64,000 nucleotides of DNA. Origin: Parcubacteria group bacterium M6-OD1-1 (GTDB lineage: Bacteria; Patescibacteriota; Minisyncoccia; GWC2-36-17; M10-OD1-4). Position 1 is the stretch's first letter. Each line of letters opens with the position of its first letter. The translations under genes were made by a program, and so were the position numbers. The notes under the pieces were generated by a model. It was not told the origin of the DNA and did not search any database. It saw only the letters and a list, made by a program, of their open reading frames with translations. The DNA is taken from positions 2,744 through 66,743 of the forward strand of contig LSNK01000003.1 in assembly GCA_003056085.1 (NCBI GenBank), given 5' to 3'. Positions 1-12,255 of this stretch are shown in pieces.

Positions 1-3000
1 GCAGAAGTATTTGTTGTTGTGTCTCCACTGTCTACTATTGATGTGTCTGTGTTTGCATCTGCTTCGGCATCAGTTGTTATGTTTGTGGACTCATCATCGG
101 TCGTTGTTGTACTTGTGTCCGATTCATCAGTTGTTGTCGTATCTGCCGCAGAAGCATCGTCGGTTGCAGAAGTGTCGGTTGTTGTTGTGTCTCCGCTATC
201 TGCTGTTGTGTCTGTACTTGTATCTGTACTTGTATCTGCCCCACTATTTACTGATGTATCCGTTCCACTTTCTGTTGTTTCGTCTACTCCACTGTTGTTT
301 AAATCTGTCGCCTCATTTTCGGCTTCTGTTGTTGTTCCTGTCACATCTTCATCAGGACTTAAAAATCCTATTGCAGAAGCTTCCAAAATAGACTTGAGCT
401 GGTCTTTTGTAATACAGAGATCATCTATACAAAGCTTCTTTGTTTTTACTTGGTCAACCTCTATTTGTTTTGCTGTTATCTTTCCAAGCTCATCTATGCC
501 CCAAGCGCCTGAAGCGCTAGCAAGCGCTTTAATGTTTTTAATTTCTTTATTATTTAAATTAAGCGAGTACTGCCCGATGTATGCCGTTTCCCCTTGGTCT
601 GTGTTTATCATCCAAGGATTTGCTGTATTTTCTTCTGCGATATTTTCTGAAATACTGCTATATTTGCTACTTCCTCCTACATTTGCAAACATCATTACTT
701 TTCCAATTTCAGGACTATCATAATTTTCCAAAGCAATACCAAGAACCTTTCCTGTAGAAAATTCTGAACTCAAAGCCACAGCAACTCCGGAAATACTTGA
801 AGCCGTAAGTGTATCGCCTGTTTTTATTACGCCTGAAACTTTAACAGGAATTCTACCTTGTAAAGCAACCGGCAGACCATTTGTTGTTGAATATCCAAGA
901 GTAAATCCAGGTTTTGTTGAGATGACACCTACAGCATTTTTATATTTATCATTTGCCTTAACTATTCCGAAACTATCTTTAAAATCTATTGTTGTTGAAG
1001 CAGTTAAAATGTCTTCTGTTATTGCAACAACATCACCCGCCTCAAGCCCATCCTCAAAAGCTTGATATTTCTCTGCAAGGTCAGCCTGCTGAATAGTTAA
1101 ATTATCAGCATATATTGTTCCGCCTGTTGTACCGCATGCTCCTGCAACAGTAACGCACAAGGAACCTTGAACAGATAAAGTTGAGACAGGACTTGTTGTC
1201 GCAATACCAACTTTTCCACTATCAAGTACGGTAAATAAAGTACTTGAGGCGGAGTCTACAATTTCTAAAGCAGAAACTCCAGAAGTTCCATTCCCCCAAA
1301 CCGAAAGCTTAGCATAAGGTGAAGTTGTTCCGATGCCGATGTTCCCGCTTGAAAGTGTTGCACCTGCTCCATCAAGCCCAGTACCAAAAAGGAGATTACC
1401 TATGTTTAATGTGTTTGCGCTTGATGTACTTATAGCATCTATATTGTAACCAAGAATAATATTGTTTCCTCCTATTGTTAAGTTATCTCCTGCTTGGTAA
1501 CCCAGGAGAATATTGTTGTTTCCTGTTGCTAAAGCGGAACCTGCTTGGTAACCGAGAAATACATTATTTTGAAATGTTGTATTATTCCATCCCGCTCCAA
1601 GTCCCGCTCGGTAACCTACAGCTGTATTTCCATATCCTGTATTGTTGTAACGCATAGCATTTACACCTATCGCTGTATTTTCATACCCTGAAATATTGTA
1701 ATATTGAGCAAGTCTACCCACAGCTGTATTACTATATCCTGTAGTATTATTTCGAAGAGACTGACTACCAACGGATGCATTGTCAGCTCCTGTAGTGACA
1801 TAAAGGGATTCAAAACCAATAGCTGTATTATCAGATACTGAAACAGTATAACGAAGAGCTTTATAACCTATAGCTGTATTTTGATATCCTGTGGTGTTAT
1901 AGAAAAGAGAATCCTTACCAACAGCTATATTAGAATATCCTGTTGTATTTGAGTAAAGAGCTCTATCGCCATTAGCTGCATTTTCATATCCTGTTGTATT
2001 TGAGTAAAGAGCGGTTCTACCAATAGCTGTATTCATGTATCCTGTTGTATTTGCAGTAAGGGCTTGATAACCATTGGCTGTATTTCTATATCCTGTTGTA
2101 TTTGCAGCAAGAGCTTGATAACCATTGGCTGTATTTTCATATCCCACAGTATTTAAACTAAGCGCTTGATAACCAACCGCTGTGCTGCCGTCTGTTGAAG
2201 TCGCAACATTCAACGCTTGATAACCTAAAGCAGTGTTGTAAAACCCATCTGCAAGAAGCGCAGCTCCTGCTCCACTACCAACAAGTGTTGAGAAGTTTGT
2301 TGAAGAAGCGTAGAGTATTGTGTTCCCTGCTTGTTTGTAGCCTGAGTATTGGTCTGTGTTTATAAAGCCTGCTACAGAGAGTTTTGCGTATGGAGAGGTG
2401 GTACCTATTCCCAATCTGTTGTTTGTATCATCCCAGAAAAAGTTTGAGTTGTCTTGTGCTAAGTTTGAGCCGTTTGAGAAAACTACTGAACCTGCTGTTA
2501 GTGCTGTTGCAAAACTTTCTACATTTAAAGCAGATTGGTTTACAGATAGAACTCCTGATGCTGCTTGAAGTCCTGTTCCTGTTATGTCTGTTAAGTAATC
2601 AGAGCCAAGTGTGAATGCTGTTGTTGCGTTTAACATTGGAAGTGTTGAAGTTGCTGATGTTGAGGTTGCGGTAAAGTATTCTGAAACTGTTTCACCCACT
2701 ACTGAAAGCTTTGCGTAAGGGGAGGTTGTGCCGATGCCGATATTACCGGAATTTTTAACAATAAATAAATTACCACTGTCACCGACAGCAGCAGTAGAAG
2801 AAAGCATTAGTAAATCAGTTGCTCCACCATCCGCATTTATTTCCATACGAGCACCTGGGTTAGCCTCCCCAATGCCAAAATCCCCAGCAGTTGTTAAAAA
2901 AGCTACAGGGGTATTATTTGTTACAAAATTTAAATCAACATTTGAAAATGTTCCAAAATTCAGACCGGAAAGATTTACAAAGAAACCTCCTTCAATACCT

Positions 3001-6000
3001 ATTTTATTTTCAATTGTCATTTGTGCGTTATAAGAATTAGGATTTACATATAATCCATTATTAGAATTAGTCGGAGTCTGCCCACCGCCACCAATATGCA
3101 ATTCTTTAGTAGGACTCGCAGTTCCAATTCCAACATAACCCGTTGACCTATCATACACTATCCCACCACTACCAACATTAAACCCACCCGCGAAAGTTGA
3201 AGTTGCAGTTGTACTTGTCGCAGTAAAGTATTCTGCTACAGTTTCACCTACCACGGAAAGTTTTGCGTAAGGACTTGTTGTTCCGATGCCGACGTTGCCT
3301 CCACCTGTAGCAAACCATGCGCCGCCTGATGTGGTGAGTGAAGTTGATGAAGCGTATGTGAATGAAAGTCTGTCTGCGGATGGGTTGTATGTAAATGCTG
3401 ATTCCGATGCTAAAACGTCTGCCGCTGTTGTGTATAATACTGTGTTTGATCCTCCGAATGTTGAAAGTCCTGTGCCTCCATCTGCAACGGCGATATCTGT
3501 TCCGTTCCATACGCCTGAGGTTATTGTACCGAGTGATGTGATATTTCCCTGCACTGTTGTAGGAAGAGTTGAAGATATGGATGGAACTCCTGTTCCGCTG
3601 GTTATTAAAACTCCGTCATTTCCGGTTGTTATGGAAGCAAGTGCGTCTGCCGCTGTTGTGTAAAGCAGTGTGTTTGTTCCTCCAAATGTTGTGAGTCCTG
3701 TACCTCCTCTTGAAACCGCTAATGTTCCTGTTGTATCAGATATTGCGATTGCAAGAGAACTTGTTGCCGTATCAACCCAGCTTGTTCCGTTGTATGTTAT
3801 GACGTTACCGAATGCTACTCCTGTTGTGTCTACGTCTAAAAGGTCTGAAAGATATGAAGCTCCTACTCCTGCTCCTCCACTGTCTGATGAGCATACTAAA
3901 TATCCATTTGCATCTGTTGTTATCTTTCCTCCATTTCCAAGCCCTGAACAATCTATGGCTGCTATTTGAAGTCCTCCGCTTGAGAGTTTAACTCCATTTG
4001 CAAACGTTGAGGTTGCTGTTGTTGATGTTACATTAAGAAGGTTTGTTTGGATGCCTCCTGTGAATGTTGAAGTTGCAGATGTTGTTGCTGTATAGTTTGA
4101 GGCGACTACTTCTCCGACGACGGAGAGTTTGGCGTAGGGGGATGTTGTGCCGATGCCTGTATTGCCTGTGTTGTAATAAATATTAGATCCTGATGTTGTC
4201 CATTGTGAGAATAGGTTTGTTGAACCTTCCACTAAGTTGTCTGTGTTTATTGCAAGAGAACTTGTTGCCGTATCAACCCAGTCTGAACCATCCCATGTCA
4301 GTACATTGCCATATCCTACTCCTGATGTATTTACATCACTTAAATCTGAAATTGTGGCATTAAGTGAAATGGTGCTTCCTGTTAAAGAAAGTCCTGTTCC
4401 TGTCGCAAGGTCGGTATATGGTATCGCTATTGTTGAAGATGCTGTTGCTGTCCCTGAATTTAGATAAATAAATCCTGTTGAAGCGGAGAAGTCTTGACCT
4501 GTACCTCCTCTTGAAGCTGCAAGTGTCCCGGACCATTGTGATGTAAATGTATGGGTGGCTCCTGAACTTGTTATTGTTAGTCCTATATTTGTATCACTTG
4601 ATGTTGCAAAAGTTTGAGAACCTGACAAAAGACCATTTAAAGAAGTTATCCCATCTCCTATTCCAAGACATGTTCCATCGGGTTTCGTAAAGCACCCTGC
4701 TGAAATTGAGATTCCATTTGCAAACGTTGAGGTTGCTGTTGTTGATGTTACATTAAGAAGGTTTGTTTGGATGCCTCCTGTGAATGTTGAAGTTGCGGAT
4801 GTTGTTGCTGTATAGTTTGAAGCGACTACTTCTCCGACGACGGAGAGTTTGGCGTAGGGGGAGGTTGTGCTGATGCCGACGTTGCCTGTTGTACGATATA
4901 CATTGCCGCCAGAAGCACTCCAAGTCCCGACGGATCCGCCTATAAGTGAACCATTCCAATAAAGATCACCCGATGAGTCATTATAAAGTCTATTTGTTGT
5001 TACAGAGGGTGATGTGGCGCTAAAATATATCGGACCATTAACTGATAAAACATCTGTCGGCGATGAAGTTCCAATACCAATATTACCTGAACCATCAATA
5101 ACAAATCTGTCATTTGTTCCAAGTTTGGAAGAAGAGGCAATTTTAAATGAGCCTCCGTCAGAAAAATCAGAACCTATTGACCACTTATAATCCGAAGTAC
5201 TTGTAGAAGAAAAAGTAAGAACGGCATCTGCGCTTGATGTGGCGATGGTAAATGCCGTTGATGTTGCTTGTGTAAATATTGCCGTTGAAGAAGTTGCTGA
5301 ACCTATCGGGGTTGCGTCTATGCTCCCGCTGCCTATCGTTAAACCATCAACAACATAAGAATCGATTATACAATCTGTACACCCTCCTCTTGAAGCCACC
5401 GTACTAAGATCCGATGAATTGGTTATCGTCAAACCGCTTATGGAAATATCCGTACCAGCAGCCAAACTAAGCGCGCCTGTCTCGCCCTGCAAAGAACTAA
5501 CACCGGAAGAACTGACAAAAACAGAACGCCCGGACCCACCCGAAGATGAAATGACCGGATTTGAAGCAGTTCCTGTTATGGTTATATTCGAACCTGCAGT
5601 TATTTTGTTTATTATGTTAGATGCAAAAACTTTTCCTTCTCCCGCATTGATGTCAGTGTTATTGGTTGTTATTCCTCCGAAAGCCTCCATGACACCACGC
5701 GCGGTAATTTTGTTTCCAACATCAAGACTTCCAGTTATAGCCGCGCCTCCTCCTAAGCTAAGACTTCCTGATCCTGCAATATTCCTGCCAACCGTAATAT
5801 TTTTTGAAAAAACACTATTACCTGAAACATTAAGATCTAAGAGCGCAGAAAGATTTCTTGCTGTAAATGACCCTCTCACTGTTCCCGTCCCTTCAACCGT
5901 TATAGATCTCCCTATATTGGCGGAACCTCCGGTAATGAGTGATCCTTGAGAATTTACATTACCTGAAATTGAAAGACCACTGCCAATATCAACACCTGCG

Positions 6001-6800
6001 TTTATCTCAAGAACTTTAAATAAATTTTCTTCTTGATTTGATTTAATATCTTTGACAACTTCTTTTCTTGGTTGCAGCTGCTCCTCTGTAGTTGTACTTG
6101 TTTTTGTTTCTAAAACTTCCTGTGAAATATTTTTTTGTTCTTTAACTTTTTCAACGGTACTTGGTTTTTCTTCAATCTTTTTTCCAAAAAACCATTCTCT
6201 TATATTTTTTGCTATGCCGGTAAAAATATTTGCAGAAATATTTACATTTTCTTTTTTGGTCAAAACAAAACCATCGGCTGCAGAAGCAATTCTTGAAGAA
6301 TCACCCTCTGACAAAAATACTATGGAACTTCCGATATCAAAACCTGTGGACTCTGAAATTATTTTAGTAAAATTATGTCTTAAATAATTTTCATTTGCTT
6401 TTATAAATTTTACGGACTGTCCAAGTAAAATACCAAAAATAATAAAAACCCCCACATACATGACGGTTGTTTTTTTAGAAAATACTTTACTCAAAAAAAT
6501 CTCCTTAGCTAAAATTAGTTTTTTGTTTTTTAACGTCTGGGGATTTTTTTGGAATTTATTGTATTCTTGTTTTTGTTTTTGAGAAAGTTCTTTTTTTTGT
6601 TTTTGTTTTTTCTTGGTGTTTTGCTTCAAAAAAACTTCAAATGCATCTTCCTTTACATACCAAGAATTTCCAACTTTTTTCCCTTCCAATTTTCCCTGCC
6701 GACACAAACGAGAAATGTAGTCGTGAGTAAAACCACACCTTGAACCGGCATGCTTTGAAGAGATATATTTTTTCTTTTCAAAATAGAGAATTTTATCCAT
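1..6800 (-). CDS. Giant (>2260 aa, runs off window) surface/fibre-like protein: N-terminal HTH, TM anchor, tail-fibre/beta-helix repeats, peptidase G2-like chaperone domain, acidic Thr/Asp/Ser tail
   Basis: Absent from ORF track because no stop lies in the window. ATG at 6800 gives MDKILYFEKKKYISSKHAGSRCGFTHDYISRLCRQGKLEGKKVGNSWYV, then hydrophobic VMYVGVFIIFGILLG. Same frame gives GIGTTSPYAKLSVVGE repeats (~4150), NTTG repeats (~1620-2160) and ADLAEKY..GDVV..VGVISTKPG..PVALQGRIPVKV..GIALE (~1085-690). Frame spot-checked at 4 places; the long + strand shadow ORFs share one register, consistent with continuity. Confidence 0.88.
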   Translation of the reverse strand, partial: MDKILYFEKKKYISSKHAGSRCGFTHDYISRLCRQGKLEGKKVGNSWYVKEDAFEVFLKQNTKKKQKQKKELSQKQKQEYNKFQKNPQTLKNKKLILAKEIFLSKVFSKKTTVMYVGVFIIFGILLGQSVKFIKANENYLRHNFTKIISESTGFDIGSSIVFLSEGDSSRIASAADGFVLTKKENVNISANIFTGIAKNIREWFFGKKIEEKPSTVEKVKEQKNISQEVLETKTSTTTEEQLQPRKEVVKDIKSNQEENLFKVLEINAGVDIGSGLSISGNVNSQGSLITGGSANIGRSITVEGTGTVRGSFTARNLSALLDLNVSGNSVFSKNITVGRNIAGSGSLSLGGGAAITGSLDVGNKITARGVMEAFGGITTNNTDINAGEGKVFASNIINKITAGSNITITGTASNPVISSSGGSGRSVFVSSSGVSSLQGETGALSLAAGTDISISGLTITNSSDLSTVASRGGCTDCIIDSYVVDGLTIGSGSIDATPIGSATSSTAIFTQATSTAFTIATSSADAVLTFSSTSTSDYKWSIGSDFSDGGSFKIASSSKLGTNDRFVIDGSGNIGIGTSSPTDVLSVNGPIYFSATSPSVTTNRLYNDSSGDLYWNGSLIGGSVGTWSASGGNVYRTTGNVGISTTSPYAKLSVVGEVVASNYTATTSATSTFTGGIQTNLLNVTSTTATSTFANGISISAGCFTKPDGTCLGIGDGITSLNGLLSGSQTFATSSDTNIGLTITSSGATHTFTSQWSGTLAASRGGTGQDFSASTGFIYLNSGTATASSTIAIPYTDLATGTGLSLTGSTISLNATISDLSDVNTSGVGYGNVLTWDGSDWVDTATSSLAINTDNLVEGSTNLFSQWTTSGSNIYYNTGNTGIGTTSPYAKLSVVGEVVASNYTATTSATSTFTGGIQTNLLNVTSTTATSTFANGVKLSSGGLQIAAIDCSGLGNGGKITTDANGYLVCSSDSGGAGVGASYLSDLLDVDTTGVAFGNVITYNGTSWVDTATSSLAIAISDTTGTLAVSRGGTGLTTFGGTNTLLYTTAADALASITTGNDGVLITSGTGVPSISSTLPTTVQGNITSLGTITSGVWNGTDIAVADGGTGLSTFGGSNTVLYTTAADVLASESAFTYNPSADRLSFTYASSTSLTTSGGAWFATGGGNVGIGTTSPYAKLSVVGETVAEYFTATSTTATSTFAGGFNVGSGGIVYDRSTGYVGIGTASPTKELHIGGGGQTPTNSNNGLYVNPNSYNAQMTIENKIGIEGGFFVNLSGLNFGTFSNVDLNFVTNNTPVAFLTTAGDFGIGEANPGARMEINADGGATDLLMLSSTAAVGDSGNLFIVKNSGNIGIGTTSPYAKLSVVGETVSEYFTATSTSATSTLPMLNATTAFTLGSDYLTDITGTGLQAASGVLSVNQSALNVESFATALTAGSVVFSNGSNLAQDNSNFFWDDTNNRLGIGTTSPYAKLSVAGFINTDQYSGYKQAGNTILYASSTNFSTLVGSGAGAALLADGFYNTALGYQALNVATSTDGSTAVGYQALSLNTVGYENTANGYQALAANTTGYRNTANGYQALTANTTGYMNTAIGRTALYSNTTGYENAANGDRALYSNTTGYSNIAVGKDSLFYNTTGYQNTAIGYKALRYTVSVSDNTAIGFESLYVTTGADNASVGSQSLRNNTTGYSNTAVGRLAQYYNISGYENTAIGVNAMRYNNTGYGNTAVGYRAGLGAGWNNTTFQNNVFLGYQAGSALATGNNNILLGYQAGDNLTIGGNNIILGYNIDAISTSSANTLNIGNLLFGTGLDGAGATLSSGNIGIGTTSPYAKLSVWGNGTSGVSALEIVDSASSTLFTVLDSGKVGIATTSPVSTLSVQGSLCVTVAGACGTTGGTIYADNLTIQQADLAEKYQAFEDGLEAGDVVAITEDILTASTTIDFKDSFGIVKANDKYKNAVGVISTKPGFTLGYSTTNGLPVALQGRIPVKVSGVIKTGDTLTASSISGVAVALSSEFSTGKVLGIALENYDSPEIGKVMMFANVGGSSKYSSISENIAEENTANPWMINTDQGETAYIGQYSLNLNNKEIKNIKALASASGAWGIDELGKITAKQIEVDQVKTKKLCIDDLCITKDQLKSILEASAIGFLSPDEDVTGTTTEAENEATDLNNSGVDETTESGTDTSVNSGADTSTDTSTDTTADSGDTTTTDTSATDDASAADTTTTDESDTSTTTTDDESTNITTDAEADANTDTSIVDSGDTTTNTS
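1620..2165 (-). repeat. 60-bp (20-aa) tandem coding repeats, beta-helix-like
   Basis: TATCCTGTTGTATTTG recurs at 60-bp period (about 1936, 1987, 2038, 2089 units vary slightly), encoding NTTGYxNxAxGxxAL repeats. Confidence 0.7.
3993..4862. repeat. 150-bp direct repeat pair (3993-4142 / 4713-4862)
   Basis: 2 mismatches in 150 bp, 720-bp spacing, in frame within the giant ORF. Confidence 0.9.
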
Positions 6801-7077
6801 AAAATATTTCAGAATTTCTTGGGTCGTATTCCCGAACTAACTATAGTTTAACACGAAAAGTCGCCTAAGTTAAAACTAAAAACAACAAAATCTGTGGATA
6901 AAAAATAATGTTTGTTTTTTAGTAAAATATACTAAATTATCAACCTCAGAATTTCATTTTTAAAAAGCCTAACATTGCTATAAAATAAAATTAAAAGTCG
7001 TCTAAACGAACAGACGACCTTACCCCTTTTAGAGATAAAATGATCTAAATTTTACAATTTATAAATACAAAATAGAA

Positions 7078-7106
7078 TTAATTTGGAAGCAAGGCTTCCA
7101 AATTAA
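7078..7106. repeat. Perfect inverted repeat, 13-bp arms
   Basis: TTAATTTGGAAGC-AAG-GCTTCCAAATTAA. Confidence 0.7.
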
Positions 7107-7487
7107 AAGGTTTTAAGATTTTAAGATTTAAAAGCTTAAGGACTTAAATATTTAAACTTTTAAATATACCTGTATTTATTTCTTCAAAATATATAATTTT
7201 AAGCAACAAACTACAATAAAGCACAAACTTCTGTTTATAAGGCTTATATTCTATTTTTTGAGTTTTAATTTGGCATATTTTGTATTTTTTTGACTTTGTG
7301 ATTTACAATCACATTATTTGAAAATCAGTAATTTATTGTAATTTTACTGCAAAAACACCCTATCCAAAATAAATAAGATGCTTTTGTTTGAAATTCTAAA
7401 TTTAGTCTATTTTATTAGTTATTTCGCCTTAACGAACTGGTTAATTTTGTTCGTTATACTATAAAAATAATCAAAATACTATTAAAA

Positions 7488-7522
7488 AACCCCACTTGGA
7501 GACCTCATCTCCAGGTGGGGTT
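7488..7522 (-). terminator. Intrinsic terminator after ATPase operon
   Basis: AACCCCACTTGGAGA-CCTCA-TCTCCAGGTGGGGTT hairpin followed by T-run on minus strand, just past the epsilon-like stop. Confidence 0.7.
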
Positions 7523-7540
7523 AATTATAGAATATTACTA

Positions 7541-7822
7541 TTATGACTCTATCTGAGTAAATATTAAAACATCATTTCCATGCACTTGCATCACAGCGCT
7601 ATCAAATGAAAACTCCTTTTCTCCTTCTGATGCACTACGAACGATAATCGGGATTTTTTCTTTAATTAAAGTAATAAAATTTGCATGCTGGGGAAGAATA
7701 TCAAAAGGACCGGAAGCGTTTTTTGAAGATATGGAATACGCCTTCCCTTCCCATAATATTTCATTGGGATTTAGAATTTTTACAGACAATAATTCTGATG
7801 TATTTATTTTGGTTTTAAACAT
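7541..7822 (-). CDS. atpC: F1 epsilon-like subunit (N-terminal beta-sandwich only)
   Basis: VKILNPNEILWEG..GPFDILPQHANFIT matches the epsilon N-domain (G..GILPxHAP); 93 aa, no C-terminal helices; follows atpD. Confidence 0.75.
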   Translation of the reverse strand: MFKTKINTSELLSVKILNPNEILWEGKAYSISSKNASGPFDILPQHANFITLIKEKIPIIVRSASEGEKEFSFDSAVMQVHGNDVLIFTQIES

Positions 7823-8067
7823 ACCTTTAAGCTACAATTTAGGAAGTAGGAAGTTAAAATAAATTTTCAATTTATACTTTTGAATTTTGATTGAATTTTT
7901 AAAAAATAACCAAGATACAAGAAACAAGTTACAAACAAAATATAATAATCAAATTCCAAGTTAAAACATGATGCCGTTTTGATTATTGATTTTTAGAATT
8001 TGTTTGTTACTTGGGATTTGTTTCTTGTTACTTTATCTTCTATTCAAAATTAAAGTTTAAAGTTTAT

Positions 8068-10279
<2,212 letters not shown>

Positions 10280-10289
<10 letters not shown>

Positions 10290-11728
10290 ATTTTTTCTAA
10301 AATTTCTGTCTTCGTTTCAATATGTTTAATAAACTCATCTAAAGATATTTCTTCTTTTGCAAGTTTTCTGGTGTCGTTAAAATTTGGATCTTCTCTAAGT
10401 GATTCAATTAATATTTTTTTATATTTATCTAAAAATACTTCTTCTTTATCTAATAAAAAAGGAATGAAAGCCAAGGAAAGCAGCATTATTTGAACATTTG
10501 ATAAAACTTCATCAAAAGGATTTTGTCTTAACAACTCTTTTAAAAGTGAGCCTTGGTGTAAAATTTTCTGAGTTCTGCTGCTTACTTGCGACCCGAACTG
10601 GCTATATTCTTTTTGTCTTTCATATTCTGAAAGAAGAACCAAAACACGGTTTGCTAATTGTCTTTGTAAAATAGTTTGAGTATGACTTCCCACACGTGTT
10701 ACCGACTGCTCTACACTAATAGATGGATAATGTCCTTGTGCGCGCAATGCTGAAGAAAAAGAAAAATGACCGTCAGTTGCTGACATGATATTAGTAGGAA
10801 TCAAGTCTGTGCTGCTCTTTATACCTATTTCAAGAACAGGTAAAAGAGTAATAGAGCCACCTCCATATTTGTCATTGAAATGCCCGGAACGCTCCATAAG
10901 ATGAGCATGCTGATAAAACATATCTCCAGGATATGATTCACGACCCGGTAAACGTTCTTCAAGCAATGCTATTTCACGAACATATTTTGCATGTGTGCTT
11001 AAATCATCCAAAATAAGCAAAACATTTTTTCCTTGCTTGGAAAAGTGCTCGGCTATTGAAAATGCCACGGATGGTGCTATGGAAATAAGAGATGGCAAAT
11101 CACTTGAAAGAGCTCCTAAAACAATTGTATTCTTACCGCCATTTTTCTCAAATATACTTGAAGCAATTCTACCAACGGCATCAAGAGATTTGCCGATAGC
11201 CGCGTAGATGCAAACTGTATCCGTATCCTTTTGATTAATCACAGCATCTTTTAAAAATGAGGTTTTCCCGCTTCTTGGGGGTCCAAACACAAGTTGTCTT
11301 TGACCCATTCCAAGTGGAAATAAAACATCAACAAATGTAAGCCCTGTCAAAAACTGATCTTTTATTTCTTCTCTTGAACTAATTCCTGAGGCTATCACAT
11401 TAAGCTCAAGAGAGGTATTGTTTTCCGGGAAGCCTCCTTTGCCATCAATGCTTTTCCCAAGAGCATTGATAATGCGACCAAATAGATGATCTCCAAAAGA
11501 AAATATTTTCTCGCTTCCGCGCAGAAAAAAACGATCTCCCGGTTTTTTAAAAACAGAATCCAGCATAAGAGCTTTCACATGATCTTTTTCAAGTGAAATT
11601 ACAAGGGCCTTATTCCCATCTTCATCTCTTAAAATATTATTTATTTTTGCAGACGGCAAACCCTCAAGCGCAATCAAATATCTTTTTGCGCTAACCACAA
11701 GCCCAACTTCATTTTCATTTATTTCCAT
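10280..11728 (-). CDS. atpA: F1 ATPase alpha subunit (divergent)
   Basis: GMGQRQL, GPPRSGKT, DDLSTHA, PGRESYPGDMFY, IPTNIMSATDG, SVTRVG. Confidence 0.93.
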
Positions 11729-12255
11729 TATTTTGATTGATTAAATTGATTGATCATACTAATAATTTCTTCTTCTCTTTTTTTAACAGAATTTTTAAAA
11801 GAAAAATTATAATAAATACTATTCCACACAAAAGCGCAACCCGCGACAATAGAAGAATCAACTTCTACATCCATAAATATATTTTCATTTATATTTTTGC
11901 GAAACCACTCCCCCAAATGAGAAATCTCGTCATCTGAGAACTTAACGGGCAAGTAAATTTTTATATTTGGAAGAAGATTAATATCGTTGGTTATTTCTTT
12001 TAAAATATACTGAAAGTTCTCTGTATTGAATTTAGTATAAAAATCATCTCCGTAACTCAAAAGATCATTGATTATTTTTTCAGATTCTCCACCCTCTTTT
12101 TCTTTTAAAAAATAACTCAATAGTTCTTTTGTTGCTTGAGTTTTATTTAAAGAAAAAAATGTATATTCAAAAAATTCCTTAAGCAAAGCCACTTTATGGT
12201 AAAAACCTGACTTTGTGTATGTATTGTTTATAATTTTATATGTTTGATTATTCAT
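11728..12255 (-). CDS. atpH: F1 delta/OSCP-like subunit
   Basis: C-terminal EVDSSIVAGCAF resembles delta VDxSLIGG; position before atpA; start taken at ATG 12255 (track ORF extends to 12294). Confidence 0.65.
   Translation of the reverse strand: MNNQTYKIINNTYTKSGFYHKVALLKEFFEYTFFSLNKTQATKELLSYFLKEKEGGESEKIINDLLSYGDDFYTKFNTENFQYILKEITNDINLLPNIKIYLPVKFSDDEISHLGEWFRKNINENIFMDVEVDSSIVAGCAFVWNSIYYNFSFKNSVKKREEEIISMINQFNQSK

Noticed and set aside
11-6743. Many + strand ORFs (19-723, 2356-2568, 3286-3663, 5419-5949, 6052-6387 and others)
   Set aside because: Antisense shadows of the giant minus-strand ORF; the longer ones share one register and show Ser/Val/Pro bias
1-6800. Prophage tail fibre gene
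   Set aside because: No capsid, terminase, portal or integrase in the window; the N-terminal TM anchor suggests a cellular surface protein (left neighbour not visible)
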